Positions 24,100-34,060 of a stretch of DNA of 34,521 nucleotides are shown one piece after another. The position numbers and the translations under genes are program-made. How positions within the stretch are numbered: position 1 is the stretch's first letter; each line of letters starts with the position of its first letter. The notes beneath the pieces are model-generated. The model was not told the DNA's origin. It was given only the letters and a program-made list of their open reading frames with translations, and did no database searches. Origin of the DNA: Octopus bimaculoides (lineage: Eukaryota); contig NC_068995.1 in assembly GCF_001194135.2 (NCBI RefSeq), positions 13,928,490-13,963,010 on the forward strand, written 5' to 3'.

Positions 24100-24345
24100 T
24101 GGTGAATGGAAAGTGAAAGAAGCCCATTGCATATATATATATGTGTGTGTGTGTATGTTTGTGTATCTTTGTCCTTGGCATTGCATGGTTGTTGTCCTCC
24201 AATATTCTGTGAAAGCATGTCTGATCTTGGGGGAAATATTAAAATTACTTTGCTTGGGACAGGAAGAGTATCCAGTTGTAGGAAATCTGCTTTAAACTCT
24301 GTCTGATCCAAGCCAACTTAGGAAAATTGACATTATAATGATTAC
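24100..24345 (+). mobile_element. 5'-truncated SINE-A with tail type 2
   Basis: gaaagaagccca + (TA)(TG)n + gttgtaggaaatctg tail block. Confidence 0.65.
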
Positions 24346-25189
24346 ATGAAGAAAGGGATGAAAGCCACTACTAGGTTAAATATAAAATGTATTTATTCAG
24401 TGATCTGGTTTTAATAAATGCTGATAGTGAAATGAATTTCTTCTTAATAGCAAATTGTTAATTATAAATAATACAAAAACTATTATGTTATGAATGGGAA
24501 ACCTTATATTGTTGTTGTTGTTGTTGGTATTCAGCCCTAGGTCAGTCCTGATGAAATTAGACTAATGATTGTTTTGATACCAACATGTCTCAGCCTACTT
24601 CAAGTTCTGTGATAAAAATCCTGTAGTTTTAAAACATCTGTACTTAAATTAACCCAACTACAATAATATATAAGCTTTTTTTATGGTCCAAATGTCAGCT
24701 TAATCAGAATATTAGATATCTGATTTAATCCCTCCAAATTCTTGATGTTTTCAAAATTGAAATACGGGGACAGTATGTTTCATTAGGAATATGGTTACAT
24801 CTTCCAGCTGCAGCTACCCAGTCTTGCTTTGAGTGTGCCTGGGCCTACATTACCCAATGTCATTTTTATATTTGAAGCAGAAATAGAATACAGTTGCATC
24901 CTATGGGTTCTGTGACTTTTTGGAAAATTGTATAATGAATTACATGCCAAAATGTTTGAGAACCACTGAGCTGTTTTCCTTGGCCTAGAGTGTGGCTAAT
25001 CTAGGTTTCCCTACACTACTATAATAGAATGGAAATTAAAATGGTTTGGCTAAGGTATTGGACTACATGTTTATGAGGTTTAAGTTCATATCTACAGTTG
25101 TTCCTTCATTGTGCTTTGTAGAGTATTGCCCCAATAACTCTTGTCCAGCTTTTTGCCAGCATGGGAAACAATGATGAATCATTAATTTT

Positions 25190-25565
25190 TCATTCACTAA
25201 TTCCTTTGATTCCAATTGGAGCACTGGGCCCCCATCAAGAGCTCTCCATGTTTCGATCTTGGACAATGGATTGCAGTTGTCTCCAGGTGTAGCTGCCTTC
25301 CAGTGCTTCAGTTTTTGTGGACCTTCTCCAGGTTGTTTTTGGTCTTTTATGCTTCCCTCTCCCTTGGGTTTCCATCAGAGGAAGGCTTGTAATATTGGAA
25401 ATGGGGTCTCTGTCGGGTGTGTCACAGCCAACTTTATTTTCTCCTCTTGAACTGGGTTTCAATAGATTGCTGGTTTGCCTGTTCTCTACAAGGCCTTGTT
25501 TGTGAATCTGTCTTGCCATCTCACCCAAAGGATGTTGCGGAGACCTCTATTTACAAACATCTGGA
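25190..25565 (-). mobile_element. RTE-clade non-LTR retrotransposon, degenerate 3' ORF fragment
   Basis: Minus-strand frames give LRNILWVRWQDRFTNKAL, QGRGKHKRPKTTWRR...YTWRQLQSIVQDR and WRALDGG, typical of RTE C-terminal motifs (GKRxRGRPKxTWRR...QDR..WR). Frameshifted. Confidence 0.8.
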
Positions 25566-25592
25566 ACTTGAATGATGATTATATATGTATAT

Positions 25593-25980
25593 ATGCACAG
25601 CATAGCCATGTGATGAAGAAATTCCCTTTGCAACCATATAGTTTCGGGTTCAATCCACTGTAGACAGTTTGGGCAAGTGTCTTCTACTATAACATTGGGC
25701 CATCCAAAGCCTTGTAAGTGAATTTGTTAGATATAAACTGAAAGTTGTAGTTTGTATATATAATGTAAATATGTGTGTTTAGTGCTTCCTTGCCTTGCTG
25801 TCATGTGATAGTTGTAAATGAGTGTCACTGTTGTACAAGTGGTGGTGTTCTTTTCCAGTCTTCTGTGAACACATTTCCAGCCAGGTGAGAGTTGGCAACA
25901 GAAAGGTCACCGTGTTGTAGAAAATCTCCCTCAACAAATTCCGTTTGACCCCTGCAAGCATGGAGAAATGAATGTCAAAA
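25593..25980 (+). mobile_element. SINE-A with tail type 2, near full length
   Basis: Head gggttcaatcc, core ttgggcaagtgtcttctactata, tail gttgtagaaaatctccctcaacaaattcc...gcaagcatggag. Confidence 0.8.
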
Positions 25981-26140
25981 ATCTATTTTAAATATTATTA
26001 GTGACAGAAACGGTATTCTGTATATCTTACTTAACAAGCTTATACTGTAGAAAGCCAGAAAATGTCCTTTATGAGATGCTTTCTTGAGCTAAACACTGTA
26101 GTTTTCTGCAGTATATCCACATGAAGTAAGATGTATGAAT

Positions 26141-26842
26141 ACTTTAAAACTGTAGATAAACTAACCATTTTAAAATAGTCGATTTACTAACCATTTTAAA
26201 ATAGTCTGTTTACTAACCATTTTAAAATAGTCTGTTTACTAACCATTTTAAAATAATCTGTTTACTAACCATTTTAAAATAGTCTTATTTACTAACCATT
26301 TTAAACTTCTCTATTTCCTAACCATTTTAAAATAGTCTATTTCCTAACCATTTTAAAATAGTCTATTTACTAACCATTTTAAAATACTCTTTACTGACCG
26401 TTTTAAAACAGCCGATTTACTGACCGTTTTAAAACAGCCGATTAACTGACCATTTCAAAACAGCCGATTAACTGACCATTTCAAAATAGCCGATTAACTG
26501 ACCATTTCAAAACAGCCGATTAACTGACCATTTCAAAACAGCCGATTAACTGACCATTTCAAAACGGCCGATTAACTGACCATTTCAAAACGGCCGATTA
26601 ACTGACCATTTCAAAACGGCCAATTAACTGACCATTTCAAAACGGCCAATTAACTGATCATTTCAAAACAGCCGATTAACTGACCATTTTAAAACAGCCG
26701 ATTTTACTAAGCGCTTAAAAATAGTTGATTAACTGACTGTTTAAAAATATAAAAATAGTTGATTAACTGGCCGTTTAAAAATTTGTAGATTAACTAACAA
26801 TTTTAAAACTAGATTAACTAACAATCTTAAAACTGTAGATTT
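26141..26842. repeat. 26-bp minisatellite, about 26-27 copies
   Basis: Units ACTAACCATTTTAAAATAGTCTGTTT grading into ACTGACCATTTCAAAACAGCCGATTA; no spacers. Confidence 0.97.
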
Positions 26843-26902
26843 TAGACAATAAACTTGTATTTTGTTAGTTTTGGCACAGAAGTTTAACTTTTTATTTCTC
26901 AG

Positions 26903-27073
26903 CTGAAATTGAAGAATTAGAATCTGAATGGACTTTACAACAGTCTGAGAAAATTGACCATGATGATGAGAAATATGAACCAGTTGACAGTTTAACTCTT
27001 ACTTCTCCTTATCAAATTTCCAATCATCTTGATTCTGAAAGGCCTCATCTAATTGATGTCGAAAAATTAAAAG
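26903..27073 (+). CDS. SLMAP: SLMAP exon 17: (A)EIEELESEWTLQQSEKIDHDDEKYEPVDSLTLTSPYQISNHLDSERPHLIDVEKLK
   Basis: tttctcag|...AAAG|gtttgc; 171 nt open in frame, phase 1-1. Confidence 0.85.
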
Positions 27074-27270
27074 GTTTGCTTCTTATGTTTATTTTTTTTT
27101 TTTTTTGGTGTCAGAAAGAAAGGGGTTAAACTTCTCTTACTTTCCTGACACTGTATCTTAGATTTTAACATAGGACAAAACGAGAATAATCAGAGATAAG
27201 AAGGATAGGCAGTGAAATGGGTAAATTACTGGTGATATGAAACAGCAGGTATTTTTTGTGCTGTTAGTAA

Positions 27271-27869
27271 NNNNNNNNNNNNNNNNNNNNNNNNNNNNNN
27301 NNNNNNNNNNNNNNNNNNNNNNNNNNNNNNNNNNNNNNNNNNNNNNNNNNNNNNNNNNNNNNNNNNNNNNNNNNNNNNNNNNNNNNNNNNNNNNNNNNNN
27401 NNNNNNNNNNNNNNNNNNNNNNNNNNNNNNNNNNNNNNNNNNNNNNNNNNNNNNNNNNNNNNNNNNNNNNNNNNNNNNNNNNNNNNNNNNNNNNNNNNNN
27501 NNNNNNNNNNNNNNNNNNNNNNNNNNNNNNNNNNNNNNNNNNNNNNNNNNNNNNNNNNNNNNNNNNNNNNNNNNNNNNNNNNNNNNNNNNNNNNNNNNNN
27601 NNNNNNNNNNNNNNNNNNNNNNNNNNNNNNNNNNNNNNNNNNNNNNNNNNNNNNNNNNNNNNNNNNNNNNNNNNNNNNNNNNNNNNNNNNNNNNNNNNNN
27701 NNNNNNNNNNNNNNNNNNNNNNNNNNNNNNNNNNNNNNNNNNNNNNNNNNNNNNNNNNNNNNNNNNNNNNNNNNNNNNNNNNNNNNNNNNNNNNNNNNNN
27801 NNNNNNNNNNNNNNNNNNNNNNNNNNNNNNNNNNNNNNNNNNNNNNNNNNNNNNNNNNNNNNNNNNNNN
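27271..27869. other. Assembly gap (could hide further small exons). Other gaps: 7093-7190, 8468-8477, 13451-13557, 32307-32358
   Basis: Runs of N. Confidence 1.
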
Positions 27870-28995
27870 GAAATGACACCAAGCATTTTGCCCAGCATGC
27901 TAACGATTTTGCCAGCTCACCACCTTATGCTGTTAGTAATAATGATTTCAAATTTTGGCACAAGGCCTTCAATTTCAACCATAGTGTTCAACTGGTACTT
28001 ATTTCATCAACCTACCGAAAGGCAAAGTCAACCTCAGCAAAATTTGAACTCAGAATGTAAAGAACAAAATGACTCTAAGCATTTAGCCCAGCATGTCAAC
28101 AATTCTGCCAGCATGCCACCTTCTTCCTCTGATGGTAATAATTATGGTAGAAACTAGTGTTTGGGGTACAATGGACTCTTATCCAGGATTTGAATGCAGA
28201 ATGTAAATAAATATATCCAGCTATTTACACTGCTTCTCAATGGGTTATTCATTTAGCCCTAGGACTCATAAGGGGGTTTCTAGGTCTTCCATGCTGTATG
28301 AGTGTTGGAAATCACAACATTCCTTCTGAATGGGAAGCTTGTTTACTGCAGGGTCCAGTAATCCTTTCTACTATAGGCGCAAGGCCTGAAATTTTTTCGG
28401 GGATAAGGCTAGTTGATTATATTGACCCCAGTATTTCACTGGTACTTATTTCTTCAACGAAGTGCTGCTAAACATTTTGTCCGGTATGCTAATGATTCTG
28501 CCAGTTTGCCATCTTAATAATGGTAATAATGATAATAATAATAATAACAATGATAATCCTTTCTACTGAAGCCACAAGGCCTGAAATTTGGAAGGAGGGG
28601 AGTAGTTGAATTCATTGACCCCAGTGTTTCACATTGACTCCCACCCCCTAACTGCTCAACTGGTATTTACTTTATTTTATTAACTCTGAAAGGATGAAAA
28701 TCAAAGACATCTGTTACAGAATTTGAACATACAACATAAAGAGCTGAAAGAAATACCAATAATGGTTTCAAATTTTCGCACAATTCCAGTCATTTCAGGG
28801 GGTGGGGTGGAGGTGCTAGTCAGCTACATTGCCCCCCCCCCCCAGTGCTCAGCTGGTACTTATTTTATCAACCCCCGCGAATGGATGAAAGGCAAAGTTG
28901 ACTGCAGCAGAATTGGAACTCGGAACATGAAGACAGACAAAACGCCCTTAATCATTTTGCTCAGCATACTGGTGATTCTGCCAGCTTATCACCTT
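27870..28995 (-). mobile_element. Chain of about 5 antisense SINE-B copies/fragments (approx. 27870-27927, 27940-28126, 28355-28516, 28555-28720, 28748-28995)
   Basis: Repeated blocks aatcctttctact..aaggcctgaaattt, ggcaaagt.gac, and gattctgccagc, separated by AAT-rich tracts. Confidence 0.85.
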
Positions 28996-29016
28996 GTAAT
29001 AATAACAACAACAGTA

Positions 29017-29150
29017 ATCATCGTCATCATCATCATCATCATCGTTTAACACCTGCCTTCCATGCTAGCATGGGTTGGACGATTTGACTGAGGACTGGTG
29101 AACCAGATGGCTGCACCAGGCTCCAATCTGATCTGGCAGAGTTTCTACAG
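29017..29150 (-). mobile_element. Retroposon 3' end, tail type 3
   Basis: Near identical to 19851-20008. Confidence 0.85.
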
Positions 29151-29458
29151 CCGGATAATTATGATAATTCCTCTCTCTGGTGCAAATCCATAAATTTATA
29201 CAAAAGGAGGTATAGCTGGTTGAATTGACTTCAGTTTATTACTAGTATTTAATCGGATGAATGATGAATTTGGGCTAGGAGCAATTTGATGTCAAAAGCT
29301 GAAGAGGCACAGGAAAAAGGAGCAAAAACAAAAATCATTGCATATAATTTTCACTGATGCAGGGCCGTACTCAAATCAGTCTATACTTCCCACAAACCAA
29401 GATTGGCAGTAAGGATTGTAGGATGGGGGAAGAAACTACCGAGTGGTATTGCAAAAGA

Positions 29459-29677
29459 TTAACCCTTTAGCATTCAAACCAGCCAGATCAGGCCTCTCAC
29501 ACCTGCCATACAATGCCATTTAAAAAATTAAACAAAACCTTTCATACAGTGTCATTTAAAAAAATTAAACAATCACTTTATTGAATTCTTAAGCTATGCG
29601 ATAATACATGATTAATTCAAACAATGTGAATAAATAAGCATTACATTTGACAAGATAATCTGAATGCTAAAGGTTAA
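29459..29677. mobile_element. piggyBac-like MITE copy 3 (internal deletion and duplication)
   Basis: TTAA|CCCTTTAGCATTCA ... TGAATGCTAAAGG|TTAA. Confidence 0.82.
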
Positions 29678-29702
29678 ATAAGATTTCTTTATTTCTTTGC
29701 AA

Positions 29703-29705
<3 letters not shown>

Positions 29706-29768
<63 letters not shown>
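29706..29768. repeat. (TA)n microsatellite
   Basis: Direct reading. Confidence 0.98.
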
Positions 29769-29774
<6 letters not shown>

Positions 29775-30008
29775 GTGACAGAAGGAAGAATTTGTTAGTA
29801 AATCCAACTTGAGTAAATTTCCAAAATACGTGATAAGGTTCTGATGTAAATAACAAAGCAGGAGGATTTTTCATTTATTTATTTATTTAATATCTATAAC
29901 ATTTGGATTTGTTGCTGTTGTTGAACATTTTCAGAATTAAGTCAGCCTTATAAAGAAAATGTTAGAGTAAAGTGTTTCAAAGTTCATGATAATCTGTCAT
30001 TTCTCTAG

Positions 30009-30044
30009 GTCAGTCTTTTGTTAGAAATGGAATAATATTCAAAG
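30009..30044 (+). CDS. SLMAP: Candidate SLMAP microexon 18: (G)QSFVRNGIIFK
   Basis: ttctctag|...AAAG|gtaatc; 36 nt, phase 1-1, in frame. No homology support. Confidence 0.55.
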
Positions 30045-30129
30045 GTAATCTAATTTCTCTGTTATTTAGATTCATATATTCATAAAAAATTGCTCAATGA
30101 TTAAATTTGGGGGAACGAAAAAAATAATA

Positions 30130-30535
30130 TTGGTTTCAAATTTCAGCACAGGGGCCAACTGTTTTTAAGGGGAAAGGAAAGTTGATTTCATCAACCCCTG
30201 TACTTGCCTGGCACTTTATTTTATTAACTCCAAAAGGATGAAAGGCAAAGTTGACCTCGGTGAATTTGAACTCTGGACATGAGGACGGACAGAATGCCAC
30301 TAAACATTTTGGCTGGTGTGCTAATGGTTCAGACAGCTTACCTTAATAATAATCCTTTCTACTATAGGCACAAGACCTGAAATTTAATTACATCAACTTA
30401 TTTCATTGACCCTGAAAGGATGAAAGGCAAAGTTAACCTTGGTGGGATTTGAACTTGGAATGTAAAACCAGAAGAAATGCTGCTAATTATTTTGTCCTGT
30501 GCAGTCATAATTCTGCCAGCTTGCTACCTTAATGA
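30130..30535 (-). mobile_element. Two head-to-tail antisense SINE-B copies (approx. 30130-30342, 30349-30530)
   Basis: Same family blocks (aaaggatgaaaggcaaagttgacc, ctgccagc). Confidence 0.85.
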
Positions 30536-31778
30536 TGCTAATAATAATAATAATAATGAGCTTATTGTATACAATGTTCAGGTGCACAACTTGGGAAAGG
30601 GTAAAAGTGGAGGACAGAAAGCATCTATAAATGAATTAATGAAAGCCAAAAGTGCATACTACATGGAATAAAACATAAGAAGCCAGAAAAGTGCACATTG
30701 ACAGGGCTGTGAAGAAAGGGTGCATGCCAGGAGTGGGAGTGGTAAATTTTGGGAAGTATGGAATTTTTTTTTAAGGATGTAGTATCCTGACGGCTAACAA
30801 TTGCTGCTGGTAGTTTTATTTCATGCTTTGACTGTTCTGAGCTTGAAAAAAAAATGTTTCTGAAAGTCATGGGTGTTGCAATATTTTTGTGTTTTATTTT
30901 TTTTTTTATAAGCAAAACTATAGTTGATAGAGGTATTGAATTCAAAAAGGTGGCCAAAGTTGTTGGAAAAATTGTGGATAGGCAGCTAAATATCATACCT
31001 TTAGTCTGTTAATGTCCAGAGAAGCAAGCCATTAAAGATATGTTGAGTGAGTGATAAAGATTATTCATCTCATTGCATGCCTCTGGACAGCTTCCAGGAT
31101 TGATATTCTGAACATGATGGGGTTTCCAGACTGGAGATGCAAACAGTGTGGATGTATACTATACCATTATTTATCTTTAAATAGATAGCTGGTAAGCAGC
31201 TGACAAAGATCTTAATAAGTAATGCTAAAACACTTTTGGCCTCTTTTGATGATTTTAGAACTGTAATTCATCCAATGTAGATCATTGTTGACAATAATGC
31301 CTAAATACATTCACCAGGGTTGGTGTTGTGGCGGGAGTAGGTCAATTCTGGGTTTTCTCTTCTGAAAATGTATATTGGTGAACTTATCTACTGCTTGTTT
31401 GACTTGCCAGTCAGTAATCCATTACTGCATTGTGTCTCGGCCAGATTCTAGGTAAGATCTATAGCATATAAGATTTGTTCTTTTTATCTCAATATATAGC
31501 TTGTTGGGGGTCTTCTCTTTATTGTAAATAAAGCATGTTCACCTAATGTTTCCAAAATATATATCAGTTTGATTGTGCAGATTTCACGTGTTATCCAAAT
31601 TATGATCTATACATGAATGTTTTATGTATAATTGTGATTTATTTGTTTATTTTTTTAAAACTATTTTCTGGAGATTTTTATCGTGCAGGAATAGTTAAGA
31701 TGTTTCGTTCTCGAGAGATCCAACTGTCTATTCAGCAAATTCAGGAGAATTAATCTTTCGTTTTTGTCTTTTTTTCAG

Positions 31779-31844
31779 CTCTTGAACAGAAAAGGATTAT
31801 CGAAGCAACAAGAGATGTCAAACAACAAATACTTGATTTACGAG
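31779..31844 (+). CDS. SLMAP: SLMAP exon 19: (A)LEQKRIIEATRDVKQQILDLR
   Basis: tttttcag|...CGAG|gtgagt; 66 nt, phase 1-1. Weakly resembles EAKQEIQHLR of vertebrate SLMAP. Confidence 0.85.
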
Positions 31845-31967
31845 GTGAGTTGAATGTGTTTTTATTCTCTCTCAATCACACTTGGTTTTAGTGTTTATTT
31901 CAGATGTGAAGTTGAATGCATCAAGGAGCTTGTAGTTTTGATGTTACACTAGGTTCCATTATATCTA

Positions 31968-31994
31968 CTCTCTCTTTCTCTCTCTCTTTCTCTC

Positions 31995-32049
<55 letters not shown>
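31968..32049. repeat. (CT)n/(CTTT) microsatellite
   Basis: Direct reading. Confidence 0.98.
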
Positions 32050-32995
32050 GTCCTTGAGATCTCTATTTACAAAAAAAAAAACACATTTTATTGGGCATGT
32101 TGTTAATGAAAGTATTAACATATTCAAAAATTTTATGCATTCATTCATGTGTAACCTTTTTCATACCTACTGACTTGGAGCTGCCTCTAATGCAAAACCT
32201 CCTGTTTAGGTGTTCAAATTTTAATAAGAACCTTCATTGTAATTTTAAGAACTTTTACCAGTAAATAGAAAAAAAAAATTATTTATTTTACTAAATTCCT
32301 CTTAATNNNNNNNNNNNNNNNNNNNNNNNNNNNNNNNNNNNNNNNNNNNNNNNNNNNNAGACTTCTTTCTGAAGCAAATTCAAAGCAACTGTATTTCACA
32401 AATAAAACTTAACCTAATGAACCCATTATTTTGTTGTTTTTGCATGAATTGCTACCCCCTTATCACCCCACTTTTTACATGAATCGCTATCCCATTATTG
32501 CCCCACTTTTCTTCAGCACCCCCTTGGAATTTCCCCCCCCCCCCAAGGGGACAATGCCGCTCACTTTGGGAACCACTGCTCTAAGTTCATTTTTCCATTT
32601 ACAAAATTACTTGAAGCCTAAGTAGCATATCTCTTTAGAAACATAATCACTGAAGGGTTAAATCAATTAACATATTGATAATTTGCCAATAAATATATTC
32701 TAATTTTTCTTTTTCACAACTAAAATTCCAAGAGTTAATTTCTAAGATTCAAAACATTTTATCCCATTTCAGATATTTTTAAAAACCATCTGCATGAGAA
32801 TTGTAACTTGCTATTTGCATGAGAACTGGTTTAATGCATGTATACACTAAGAATAGGCCATAGTTAGATTTGTGCTTTCACTTGCTATGAATATATGTAA
32901 GCAAGGTGATTTCAAAATATAGGTACAAAAATAGAAATGACAAGGTTATGGGTCCAAAAGAGTTGTTGCATCTAGTTATTCCATGTGCCGAACAC

Positions 32996-33362
32996 GGGCA
33001 TGATTATGTGGTTAAGAAGTTCGCTTTGCAACCATTTGAATTTTAGTTTAGTCCCACTGTGCAGCACCTTGGAAAAGTGTCTTCTACTGTGGTCCCAGGT
33101 CAACCAATGTTTTGTGAGTGAATTTGATTGATAGAAACCTTAGAAGCCCAGTGTGTGTGTGTGCTCCTTGCCACTACTTGACAATTAGTGTTGGTTTATT
33201 TACATTACATTCCTATGCCTTAGTAGTTTGGCAAAAGAATAGGATAGAAAAAATACTAAAAATAAGTACCAGGGTTGATTTGTTTGACTAAACCCTTTTA
33301 AGATGGTGCTTCTTCATGGCTGCATCCCAATGAGTGAAACAAGTAAAAGGATGAAAGAAAGA
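32996..33362 (+). mobile_element. SINE-A with tail type 1, degenerate
   Basis: gcagcaccttggaaaagtgtcttctact core; aataagtaccagggttgattt...gaaacaagtaaaag tail. Confidence 0.8.
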
Positions 33363-34060
33363 TGTGTGTGTGTATCTAAGAAAATTCACTTGCAAAACTG
33401 TGTGAGTATATGTGTGTGCGTGTACAAGGGAAGTATGTAAATTTTTGTATGTGTGATTATTATGTACCTTATTTATATATAAAATACTAAAATTAGCCAT
33501 CATTATTGATGGCACATGGTCAGCTAGTATTTACATAACCATCCTGTGCCTGACATCTGGTTCACATCCCCTGTGATATTCACTAGTTTCACTATAACCA
33601 ACAAATGTTGGTGACTTTATAATGTACCTTGTACTTAACTGGCCTTTCATTCTATATGAGTTGATGAAATAGGTATTAGTAATATACTGGAACAAGTTCA
33701 ATTAGCTATACTCACTTATGAACACTGACCCTATGCTTAGTTAAGATTACTGTCTTAATAGCAACCAAATTAAATAGTTCACTTAATCTCAAATATTCTT
33801 GTTAATTCTAACTCCTGACCAAAATATTCTTGTTTGAATCTGTTTTGTTCATTTTCTTGAAATATTCTATTGATTTATCACAGTTACATTTCTCATAAAG
33901 CTGTTAATTGCAGGCTTTAATTACCATATTTGATGGCATAAAAATTGGCTGGGCATGTTAGACTCATCCCAGTTTCAGCAGTGCATATTCAGGGGAAAAA
34001 AATGGTTTTTGTACATTAAAGGCCCAACTTTGCATTTGGGACCTGGAGGTATTTCATATA

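Larger units (their letters stand above)
1421..31844 (+). other. SLMAP: Partial multi-exon SLMAP gene (19 exons reconstructed; 5' FHA and 3' TM exons not found in window)
   Basis: Spliced translation contains SQEFYQLAQYLQ-EALLREQMLERK, ALIDEDRLLSRLEV, ELVALQDDKHHYEITAK-ESLRRVLQEK and LQADNDITNEQL. These match recalled vertebrate SLMAP (SQELFQLSQYLQEALHREQMLEQK...ALIDEDRLLSRLEV...ELIALQEDKHNYETTAKESLRRVLQEK...LQADNDFTNERL). Intron phases are consistent throughout. Confidence 0.95.

Noticed and set aside
23980-24125. Exon 16 LKEAHR resembles the SINE-A segment TGAAAGAAGCCCATCG (possible exonisation)
   Set aside because: Only about 10 identical nt plus a few matches. The rest of the exon does not align to the SINE and it fits the coiled-coil pattern of neighbouring exons, so it is probably coincidence.
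26141-26842. CRISPR-like array of ~26-bp repeats
   Set aside because: The units are contiguous with no unique spacers, there are no cas genes, and the context is a eukaryotic intron. It is a minisatellite.
31904-31951. Possible further exon after tttcag at 31903
   Set aside because: Only 59 nt from the previous donor. In the incoming phase it reads DVKLNASRSL-stop with no SLMAP similarity. It cannot be supported without transcripts.
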